Part shown: positions 20,160 through 27,933 of the stretch, piece after piece
How the letters are laid out: every line of letters begins with the position of its first letter
Numbering within the stretch: the stretch's first letter is position 1
Origin: Streptococcaceae bacterium
GTDB taxonomy: Bacteria; Bacillota; Bacilli; Lactobacillales; Streptococcaceae
Length of the DNA stretch: 64,000 nt
NCBI GenBank assembly: GCA_031269775.1
Contig: JAISYQ010000004.1
Coordinates: 4,102 to 68,101, forward strand
Direction of reading: 5' to 3'
The notes under the pieces: model-generated
The model's database searches: none
Seen by the model: only the letters and a program-made list of their open reading frames with translations
What the model was told of the DNA's origin: nothing
Program-made: the position numbers and the translations under genes

Positions 20160-20187
20160 AGTATAGCACTTTGTAAAAAATTATCAA
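20160..20187 (-). promoter_or_regulatory. Candidate sigma-A promoter for the peptidase/partner operon
   Basis: Read on the minus strand: TTGATA (20187-20182), 16 nt spacer ending in TGc (extended -10), TATACT (20165-20160). Confidence 0.4.
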
Positions 20188-20223
20188 TGCCTAACTTTTC
20201 GCAAATAATTGTTATACAAAATC

Positions 20224-20741
20224 AAGAAAAATCTCTCAAGAATTGTCAGCTTTAATTGAAGAACCGGGCTTTTTACCTAATCTTACCGGTTATCAAAATT
20301 TAGAACTGTTAGCTAGTATTCGCAGGAAAATTACCAAAGAAGATATTTTAGATACTTTGCGTACAGTTAGGCTTTTTGAGGATCGGAATAAAAAAACCAA
20401 GCACTATTCTCTTGGAATGAAAAAAAAGCTTGGAATAGCTCAGGCGATTATGGAGAAACCTGAAATTATTCTTTTAGATGAGCCGATGAATGCCTTAGAT
20501 AAGAAAAGTGTTGAGGATATGAGAAATTTGTTTTTAAATTTGGCTAAAGATGAAAAAGTTACCATCGTGATTGCTAGTCATAATTTAGAAGATATTAATT
20601 TGCTCTGTGATAGAGTCTATCAGCTAAACAATGGACAATTGAGTAAAGCTAATTGAAAATTTTTTAGAGTTTGTCTACTTATCTTTGAGCAGTGAAATTT
20701 TTTGATAACTTTGTTGCAAGAAGTAACAAACAGGTTCTAAA
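20224..20741. repeat. Direct repeat copy 2 (truncated ABC ATPase 3' half plus MITE-like unit)
   Basis: Aligns with 18085..18712. The MITE-like unit lies at 20668-20741 (TTAGAGTTTGTCT ... AAACAGGTTCTAA). Confidence 0.8.
20243..20656 (+). pseudogene. 5'-truncated ABC ATPase (no Walker A), paralogue of 17870..18523
   Basis: The 137-codon ORF is almost identical to residues ~79-214 of the intact ATPase and retains only the signature, Walker B and H-loop. No N-terminal half is present upstream. Confidence 0.85.
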
Positions 20742-20887
20742 CTCAACATGCTAAAAGTGGACGATTATTGAAAATCATTTCAGGAGAATTATTTAAAATT
20801 TTGAACATTCCCTTTTTATCTAAACTGTAAATTGTGTTTGCTAAATTAGAACATGTGCTTATTTTCCCAATTAGAACCTGTTAACAT

Positions 20888-21721
20888 TTACAACACATCT
20901 GAAAAATGAGGACGCAATTGTTTAAAAATACTTACCCCAATAAACAATAACAAAAGTGTCACTCCCCAAAAGTAAATAGTTTCCTTTGGATGTTGCCAAA
21001 ACCAGCCATCACTAAAAACTGCTTCCCGATATCCTGTCACTACATAATATAGCGGGTTTGATTTTAATAAAAAAACAATCTTGGGATGATCAGAAAAACT
21101 TGAGATACTATATAAAATTGGCGTTGCCCATATTAAAATCTGCATAATAACAGCAATAAATTGATTAATATCTGGTAAAAATGGCTGAATAGAACTGGTA
21201 ATCCAAATTACGCCTATTAAAAAAGCCATCAGGCAAAAGCAATAATAAAAAATCTGTAAAATATGAAATGTTGGCAAAAATCCATAAATGGCACAAATAA
21301 TCACACCTACGAAAAAAAAGAACCCGTGCATAAATAAATTGGAAATCATTTTCATCGTAGGTAAAAGTTTTACATTAAAGACAACTTTTTTTACAAGATA
21401 GCTATACTCGCGAAATACTCCAGTACCTGAAATCAAAACATCTGAAAAATAAAACCACGGAATTAAGCCCATTACCAAAAAAGCCACAAATGGATATTTG
21501 CCATCAGTTAATTTCGTTTTAAAGCCAACCGAAAAAACAAACCAGTATGTTAAAACTGTTACAATCGGTTGAATAAAGGCCCAAAAAATTCCTAACATAT
21601 TCCCCGCAAAGCGTGCACGAAAATCATTTAATGAAAAGCGAAACAAAAGTTGTCTATTTTCGCCAATTTCCTTAAACAAAGAAATTAGTTCTTTGACTGC
21701 TTTCATTACTTTGTTAATCAT
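20888..21721 (-). CDS. ABC-2 type polysaccharide/teichoic-acid export permease (TagG/RgpC-like)
   Basis: 277 aa. ...FRFSLNDFRARFAGNMLGIFWAFIQP... ABC-2 N-terminal signature and 6 TM helices. Last gene of the glycan cluster. Confidence 0.8.
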   Translation of the reverse strand: MINKVMKAVKELISLFKEIGENRQLLFRFSLNDFRARFAGNMLGIFWAFIQPIVTVLTYWFVFSVGFKTKLTDGKYPFVAFLVMGLIPWFYFSDVLISGTGVFREYSYLVKKVVFNVKLLPTMKMISNLFMHGFFFFVGVIICAIYGFLPTFHILQIFYYCFCLMAFLIGVIWITSSIQPFLPDINQFIAVIMQILIWATPILYSISSFSDHPKIVFLLKSNPLYYVVTGYREAVFSDGWFWQHPKETIYFWGVTLLLLFIGVSIFKQLRPHFSDVL

Positions 21722-22626
21722 TTATTTCCTCCATAAATACGTTTTCCGTCACGAAGGCCTTTAAATGTTGCACGAAGCTTTGCTTGTTTTTGATCTTCAA
21801 AAAAAATAATGCCAACTAAATCATGGATAAATTTCTTATAAAAAATTCTAGCAAAACCAGGGAATTTCCTGCCATATTCTTTTACTAATTGAATGCCATT
21901 TCGAGCAACGTAGTATTTCCTCTGAGCAGAGTTAAACGTCGGCTTAAACGACATTCCTAAAATTTTATACTCTTTTCTACTTCCAACCGTATGTGAAAGA
22001 TAAGGCTTTTTTGTTACGATAATTGAAAGGTTCGCTTTTAAAATCCGCAAACAATACTCTGTATCAATATGATCAATAAAAAAAGAACTACGAAACAAAC
22101 CTAACTTTAAAAAAGTTTTTGCAGGAATTAACATCCCACTAGAAACTACAAATGACACTTTTAAGTACTTTTCATTATTTTGCCAAAAAGTCTTTGTTTG
22201 ATAACTATTTTTTGTTAAAACGCCAAAATTGGTTTCTCGTCCTAAATTAACATCATAAAAATTAGAAGCAAATATGCCAATTTTTTCTTTTGGATGAGAA
22301 TCTTTATAATTTTTAAAAGAATTTATCAAATCTAAAACATAACCATCATCAACCATAGAATCGTCATCAAAAAAAAGGAAAAAATCAAAATTTTCTTTTA
22401 ATCCAAGCCTAATTCCTATGTTTTGCGCAGGAGCTAAACCGATATTTTTTTTATTCTCAACAATCGTTATCCTACTTTTAAAATCACGTTTTATCTTCCT
22501 AATCACATCAAGTACTTCTTCGCTGTTATTTATTAAAAATACATGTGTATTTTTTTGCAAAAGAAAAACCAACTTAACAATCTCTTCTGTTGGATAAAAA
22601 GTCACAATGATTGATGCAATTTTCAT
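21718..22626 (-). CDS. Glycosyltransferase family 2 (rhamnosyltransferase-like)
   Basis: MKIASIIVTFYP... N-terminus with DDD motif (FFDDDSMV). Overlapping stop/start with neighbouring genes. Confidence 0.75.
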   Translation of the reverse strand: MKIASIIVTFYPTEEIVKLVFLLQKNTHVFLINNSEEVLDVIRKIKRDFKSRITIVENKKNIGLAPAQNIGIRLGLKENFDFFLFFDDDSMVDDGYVLDLINSFKNYKDSHPKEKIGIFASNFYDVNLGRETNFGVLTKNSYQTKTFWQNNEKYLKVSFVVSSGMLIPAKTFLKLGLFRSSFFIDHIDTEYCLRILKANLSIIVTKKPYLSHTVGSRKEYKILGMSFKPTFNSAQRKYYVARNGIQLVKEYGRKFPGFARIFYKKFIHDLVGIIFFEDQKQAKLRATFKGLRDGKRIYGGNK

Positions 22627-23348
22627 ATTTTTTGCTCACTTTTATTTTTTGTCAAAATAAACCATCGTCTTAGTAGCTGAATAAATAATAAAATTCGCGA
22701 TTTAACTATCAACTTCATCAAACGAGACTCACCGGACAAAGTTTTCTTATGACGCCTGTAATAGACTAACTTTTGGTTAAGATGAACAACTCTCTTCTTT
22801 CTTATGTAACCTAATAAAGCAATCCAGGAGTCATGATAGTCAACACTTTTAGGAAACGGCAAAAATTCCTTAACCAACTCACGACGAAAAGCCATACATG
22901 CACCAATAAAGGAATTTTTCCAAAAATTAGCCCAAAAACCAGATCGCCAATGATAATTGTATCGCTCTTTTGGTAGAATCTGCAAATTTTCATCAACAAA
23001 ACAAGGGGCAACCATTAAGATATCTGCCCCTTCATTAAATTTTTTTTTAGTCTCTTTTAATCGATCTTTATGCCATACATCATCTTGATCAGATAGAATA
23101 ATAATTTCGTTTTTTGCTTTTTGTATTCCTCTAGCAAAATTCTCCTTAAAACCAAGAGAATGATTCTCAAATAAAAAAATACGCAAATCTTGCAAAAAAG
23201 GTTTAATGATTAATAGTGTTTTATCTAGAGAACCATCATCAGTAATAATTAGCTCATCATTTTGTCCTAACTGCAGTAAAATACTATCAATTTGCTCTTT
23301 GATATATTTTTCTCCATTAAAACTTGCTAAGACAACAGAAAAATTCAC
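22623..23348 (-). CDS. Glycosyltransferase family 2
   Basis: FSVVLASFNGEKYIKEQIDSILLQ...ITDDGS...LSDQDDVW motifs. Confidence 0.75.
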   Translation of the reverse strand: MNFSVVLASFNGEKYIKEQIDSILLQLGQNDELIITDDGSLDKTLLIIKPFLQDLRIFLFENHSLGFKENFARGIQKAKNEIIILSDQDDVWHKDRLKETKKKFNEGADILMVAPCFVDENLQILPKERYNYHWRSGFWANFWKNSFIGACMAFRRELVKEFLPFPKSVDYHDSWIALLGYIRKKRVVHLNQKLVYYRRHKKTLSGESRLMKLIVKSRILLFIQLLRRWFILTKNKSEQKI

Positions 23349-23363
23349 GTGAATACACCTTTT

Positions 23364-24464
23364 TCAACGAACCCAGCCTGCAGTCCCTTCATCATGCCAA
23401 CCAGCTTCAGTTGCTTTTTCCAATTCAACTTTACTTAAAGTTAAAAAATGCTCTCCATTGCCAGGATTAAATCCACGACAAACAGGTTCTCCTTCTCCTA
23501 CTTCTGCCATGTAACCAGCAATTCCTTCATATTTCCATCCTTGTGTAATCAACTGATCTTTTTCATTTGAATTAATCGTTAAAAGATGGTGTCCTGTTTT
23601 TCGATTATATAAACGATATAAAGGCATTCCTTTATTTTCTTTACAACAACGAAAAGCTTTTCCTTCATAAATCCAACCGCATTGTTTTAAATGCTCAATC
23701 TCATTTTCATCATTCGTATAATGATGAAAGCCATTATTAGGATTATATAGCCGATGGAAATAAACAGCCGGCTCATAATCTTCAAAATCAAATCTGTCTA
23801 ACTTATACTGCTCAATAAGATTAATCAAACTACTTGCATATATTGGCGAAGTAGCATATCGTCCTTGTAAAGCAAAAGCTGCCTCACGGAAAGTTAGAGC
23901 ATTTTCTCTTAATGCGCCAGAATAAAAATCCCATCCGCGCAAAAGTTTTGCATAATCCTTAAATGATTCTACATAATCTGGATATACACGAAAATGAGCA
24001 TTTACTGTAGTATAATGATCACCTTCCCACTCTTGGGTTGAAAAACTAACCGATTGGCCATTAAAATTTCCTTTAATGCCAAATAAATTATGATATGGCG
24101 GACTAGCTAATTGGCTTAGACCATTTCCATATCGACTTTCTAACAACGCCTGAGCAAGCATTATTGATGGATATAAACCATTATCTTTAGCAATAGGAAT
24201 TACAATTTTGGCCCATTCTTCAATCAAATCAGAAGTATAATCATACCCTCTTGCTCCTTTAGATACTGATGATTCAGATAAATCGTACGCTTTAACCTTT
24301 GTTAATGACGATGCTGTACTCAACAAAGATGTTAAAGTTAAAATAATGCTTGCTTTTTTACTGCCATTTTTAAATTTAGCAATCCTCTGCCGCCTCTTTC
24401 GCATTTTTCTTAATTCTTTTCGTTTTCTTCTTGAAACAACCATTATAAATTCCCTACCTTTCAC
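23364..24464 (-). CDS. Secreted GH73-type N-acetylglucosaminidase with three C-terminal YRLYNP..GW..EG repeats
   Basis: Very basic N-terminus plus TM/signal segment. ...PSIMLAQALLESRYG...YHNLFGIKG... glucosaminidase motifs. The repeats are HRLYNPNNGFHHYT..GWIYEG, YRLYNRKTGHHLLT..GWKYEG and RGFNPGNGEHFLT..GWHDEG. Confidence 0.7.
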   Translation of the reverse strand: MKGREFIMVVSRRKRKELRKMRKRRQRIAKFKNGSKKASIILTLTSLLSTASSLTKVKAYDLSESSVSKGARGYDYTSDLIEEWAKIVIPIAKDNGLYPSIMLAQALLESRYGNGLSQLASPPYHNLFGIKGNFNGQSVSFSTQEWEGDHYTTVNAHFRVYPDYVESFKDYAKLLRGWDFYSGALRENALTFREAAFALQGRYATSPIYASSLINLIEQYKLDRFDFEDYEPAVYFHRLYNPNNGFHHYTNDENEIEHLKQCGWIYEGKAFRCCKENKGMPLYRLYNRKTGHHLLTINSNEKDQLITQGWKYEGIAGYMAEVGEGEPVCRGFNPGNGEHFLTLSKVELEKATEAGWHDEGTAGWVR

Positions 24465-24470
24465 AAAAAT

Positions 24471-25316
24471 CTATTGCATGGATTCTCGCATTTTTTCCAA
24501 CGCTTCTTGCCAAGTTGGAATGAGAAAACCTGTTGCTTTTGCTTTTTTTAAACTCATTACTGAATATTGCGGGCGTTTTGCATTTTGTGGAAAATCGTTA
24601 CTACTTACTGGCATAACTTTCACATTTGTACCTTTTAAAATTTCTTTAGCAAACTCATACCAAGTTGCCGTATTATCATTTGATAAATGATAAATTCCAT
24701 AAGAAACTCTTTTTTTGTGTTCTGCAATATACATTATAAACTTTGCTAACGTTCTTGTCCAAGTTGGACGTCCCAATTGATCATTAACAACAAAAATCTC
24801 AGAAACTTCTTTTGCTAATTTTTGCATAGTAAAGACAAAATTGTGCCCATATTTACCAAACACCCAGGACGTGCGAATAATATAATATCTGGATAGAAAC
24901 TTCATCACAGATTCTTCTCCTAAATACTTTGTCCGACCATATTCATTTTGAGGATTTGGCAGATCATCCGGGTAATATTCTCGATTTTTAAGTGTTCCAT
25001 CAAAAACATAATCAGTTGAAATATAAAAAAGTTTTGCGCCAAACTCTTTACTAGCTTTAGCAATATTTCTTGTTCCTTCAACATTAACTTTATAGGCTAA
25101 TTCTTTTCCCTCATCTTCTGCCTTATCGACTGCTGTATATGCAGCCAAATGAAAAACTACATCTGGTTTTACTTTAGCAAACCTTGCTCTAACCTCTACT
25201 TCATCTGTAATATTCATATCAAAAATATCCGTTACAACGTACCCAATTTTACGCTCATTTAATAGAAAACGCAATTCAGTCCCTAATTGACCATTTCCAC
25301 CTGTCAGTAAAATCAT
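24471..25316 (-). CDS. rfbD: dTDP-4-dehydrorhamnose reductase
   Basis: MILLTGGNGQLGTEL Rossmann N-terminus. ...HLAAYTAVDKAE... and ...YISTDYVFDG... motifs. Confidence 0.9.
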   Translation of the reverse strand: MILLTGGNGQLGTELRFLLNERKIGYVVTDIFDMNITDEVEVRARFAKVKPDVVFHLAAYTAVDKAEDEGKELAYKVNVEGTRNIAKASKEFGAKLFYISTDYVFDGTLKNREYYPDDLPNPQNEYGRTKYLGEESVMKFLSRYYIIRTSWVFGKYGHNFVFTMQKLAKEVSEIFVVNDQLGRPTWTRTLAKFIMYIAEHKKRVSYGIYHLSNDNTATWYEFAKEILKGTNVKVMPVSSNDFPQNAKRPQYSVMSLKKAKATGFLIPTWQEALEKMRESMQ

Positions 25317-25419
25317 TTATAAATCCTTTCAAATCCCAATAACATGACACATAATGAAAACGTATAAAAGTAGTATACCAAAAAATGACCTTTATGCTTT
25401 ACGTGCAGATAAAAAATTA

Positions 25420-25958
25420 TTATTTAGTTTCACTTTGATATAATTGTTGATATTGTTGACAGGATTTCAATAATTTTTCATGTTTATCAACCGCAATAAT
25501 TTTTCCTTGATCCATTAAAACAATTTGATCAAATTGAGAAATACTTGATAAACGGTGAGCAACCACAATCAGCGTAGCATTTAAAGAAAATAAACTGTTC
25601 ATAATGTTTTTTTCGGAAATGTTATCTAGGGCACTTGTTGGCTCGTCCAATAAAATGATTTTTGGATTTCCAAGAATTGAACGACAAATCGAAAAACGCT
25701 GTCTTTGACCTCCAGAAATATTTTTTCCTTCTTCAGAAAGAATGGTATGCATCTTTAACGGAAAGCGATGAATAAATTCGTTTAAATCTGAAATTTCAAT
25801 TGCTTTTAACAGATCCTCTTCAGCAACTTCACGTCCCATCAATAAATTTTCTTCAATTGTTCGCCTCCTTAATTATTCATACGAATCAACCATACACTGA
25901 CTGCCAACCTCCACCTCTTTTCCTTGGCGGATTCAACTTTTAAGATAAATTTCAAAAG
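25420..25958 (-). pseudogene. 3' remnant of an ABC exporter (LanT/bacteriocin-exporter-type nucleotide-binding domain)
   Basis: Only ...TIEENLLMGREV...LSEEGKNISGGQRQRFSICRSIL...IILLDEPTSALD...VAHRLS... survives. The Walker A region and the whole membrane and peptidase part are missing. Upstream frames are broken. Confidence 0.7.
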
Positions 25959-26579
25959 CTAACATAATCTATATCGTTTTTTGATATAGAGAATATTCAT
26001 AACAAAAAATAAAATTGTTAGAAGTCCAACAAGCAACAGGCTTTTATAAAAATGATTTACAGGAGAAGCATACTTTATAAAGAAAAAAGCTAGCGCTAAT
26101 CCAATAATAGAGGAAAGATATTGAACAATCGTTCGTGACTCCAACATAAAATTTAAAAATAGAATGAGCAAAGAAAAAGTAAAAGTTTCAATGATCATAA
26201 AAGTACTTAATTTAAAGAAAACAATCTGATTGACATCAGGGGTCATCATTTTAAAAACAACACTTATAATTAAATTTAAAAAGATGCTGAGAACTGAGAA
26301 GAAGATATTTTTTTGCAATAAAAATGGAATAATTTGACGATTTTTTAAAATAGATAAGTCAATCATCCCACTCTTAAAATCCTCTTCATATACAGAAAGG
26401 CTGAATTGTGTATAAGCAATCGGCAACATTAAAAATAAATACTCTAAAGCAAAAGAGCTTGGATATTTAAAATATATAAATGCAAAAAAGATTAAAACAA
26501 ACACTACTGATACTGGATTCTTTTTTTGATTTTTATAAAAACAAAGACACTGATATACGTAAGGAGTCATACAATTCAC
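25959..26579 (-). CDS. Lantibiotic-immunity-type ABC permease (LanE/G-like)
   Basis: 206 aa with 6 TM helices. N-terminus MTPYVYQCLCFYKNQKK parallels its neighbour's MQAYIYQNICFFKKQKK. Lies downstream of the LanF-like ATPase. Confidence 0.6.
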   Translation of the reverse strand: MNCMTPYVYQCLCFYKNQKKNPVSVVFVLIFFAFIYFKYPSSFALEYLFLMLPIAYTQFSLSVYEEDFKSGMIDLSILKNRQIIPFLLQKNIFFSVLSIFLNLIISVVFKMMTPDVNQIVFFKLSTFMIIETFTFSLLILFLNFMLESRTIVQYLSSIIGLALAFFFIKYASPVNHFYKSLLLVGLLTILFFVMNILYIKKRYRLC

Positions 26580-26596
26580 CTCGATGATATTTTTTA

Positions 26597-27208
26597 TTAC
26601 TTCAAGCGATATTTCTTTTTTATGTAATTTGTAAGAACTATTAACATTAAAATCAAGACTCCATTTAACACTAAAAAACTGAGAAGAAAATGAGAGAAAG
26701 GGCTTATATGTTTAAAAACGCTAAAAGCCAATATGATTATAAAAATTCCTAAAATATACTGCAGTGTTATTTTGGATTCAATGATAAAATTTAAGAAAAA
26801 AGTTAAAATAGCAAGCATAAAACTTTCTACGATTGTGATTATAGAGAACTTTATAACATCGATAAGCATCAAATCCTTTGTAATCGCCCATGAAAAGGCT
26901 CCTATCAAAAATAGAAGAAGAAGCTCGATAAGCAATAAAAAGCCGTTTTTTTGTAAAAAGAACAATCTTTTTTTATATTCTTTTAAGATCTGCAGATCAA
27001 TCATCCCAGTATTAAAATCTTCCTCATAAATCGGAGACATTAATTGACAAACAGAAAGTAGAACTTCTACACATAAAAATTCTAACTGATGTATATCCTT
27101 TATCTTCCAAGAAAGATATAAAGAAGGAATCAACAGTAATAACATTACAATCAATAATTTTTTTTGCTTTTTAAAAAAGCAGATATTTTGATAAATATAC
27201 GCTTGCAT
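26597..27208 (-). CDS. Lantibiotic-immunity-type ABC permease (LanE/G-like)
   Basis: 203 aa with 6 TM helices. Paralogue of 25959..26579; shared ...YEEDF.(S/T)GMIDL.ILK... loop. Confidence 0.6.
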   Translation of the reverse strand: MQAYIYQNICFFKKQKKLLIVMLLLLIPSLYLSWKIKDIHQLEFLCVEVLLSVCQLMSPIYEEDFNTGMIDLQILKEYKKRLFFLQKNGFLLLIELLLLFLIGAFSWAITKDLMLIDVIKFSIITIVESFMLAILTFFLNFIIESKITLQYILGIFIIILAFSVFKHISPFSHFLLSFLVLNGVLILMLIVLTNYIKKKYRLK

Positions 27209-27218
27209 ACACTCACTC

Positions 27219-27920
27219 CTAAGCTAGATTCTTTTTAACTTTTAACATTCGACTAGCATAATTTTTCTCAAATTCATCCAAATTTGAATAGTGAGAAGCT
27301 TTCTCATCAATCATTACTTTTCCATCTTCCATAAAAAGAATACGATCAGCCATTTCATAACAGAATTTTAAATCGTGTGTAATCACCAAAATAGGAACCT
27401 TTTTATTACTCAACTGATTTATTTCTTTTTTTAGCAGTTGAAGAGTTTCATAATCAATTCCATTCGTCGGTTCATCTAATAAAATCAATGAAGGATTCCT
27501 GCTTAAGCCAGTGACGAATTGCGCACGTTTCTTTAAACCCGTTGATAAATTTTTTACCAATTGATTCAAATATTTTTCCATCTTAAAGCGCTCTACCCAA
27601 AGATTCTCACCCGCTGTTAACTGACGCCATCCTTTTCCACCTTCAAGCTTCCTTAAAAAAATAATATTCTCCTTTACCGTTAAATTTTGATAAATACCTT
27701 CTTCATTAAGACAAGAGAACGCTTTTGATAAATCGATTTTTGTTTTTATTGTTCCTTTTGTTTGCTTTAAAGCACCGACGATTAGCTTAAACAATGTTGT
27801 TTTCCCAACACCATTTTCCCCCATAATTACCGTAATCTCTGAATAAAGATCTAAATTAAACGAATGAAAAATGGATGTCTTTTTGTAAGAAAAATCTAAT
27901 TCTTTGATTTGAATCATCAC
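27219..27920 (-). CDS. ABC ATPase of LanF type
   Basis: Walker A GENGVGKTT, signature LSTGLKKR, Walker B ILLDEP. Sits between lanM and the two permeases. Confidence 0.8.
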   Translation of the reverse strand: MMIQIKELDFSYKKTSIFHSFNLDLYSEITVIMGENGVGKTTLFKLIVGALKQTKGTIKTKIDLSKAFSCLNEEGIYQNLTVKENIIFLRKLEGGKGWRQLTAGENLWVERFKMEKYLNQLVKNLSTGLKKRAQFVTGLSRNPSLILLDEPTNGIDYETLQLLKKEINQLSNKKVPILVITHDLKFCYEMADRILFMEDGKVMIDEKASHYSNLDEFEKNYASRMLKVKKNLA

Positions 27921-27933
27921 TTTAATTTCCTTT

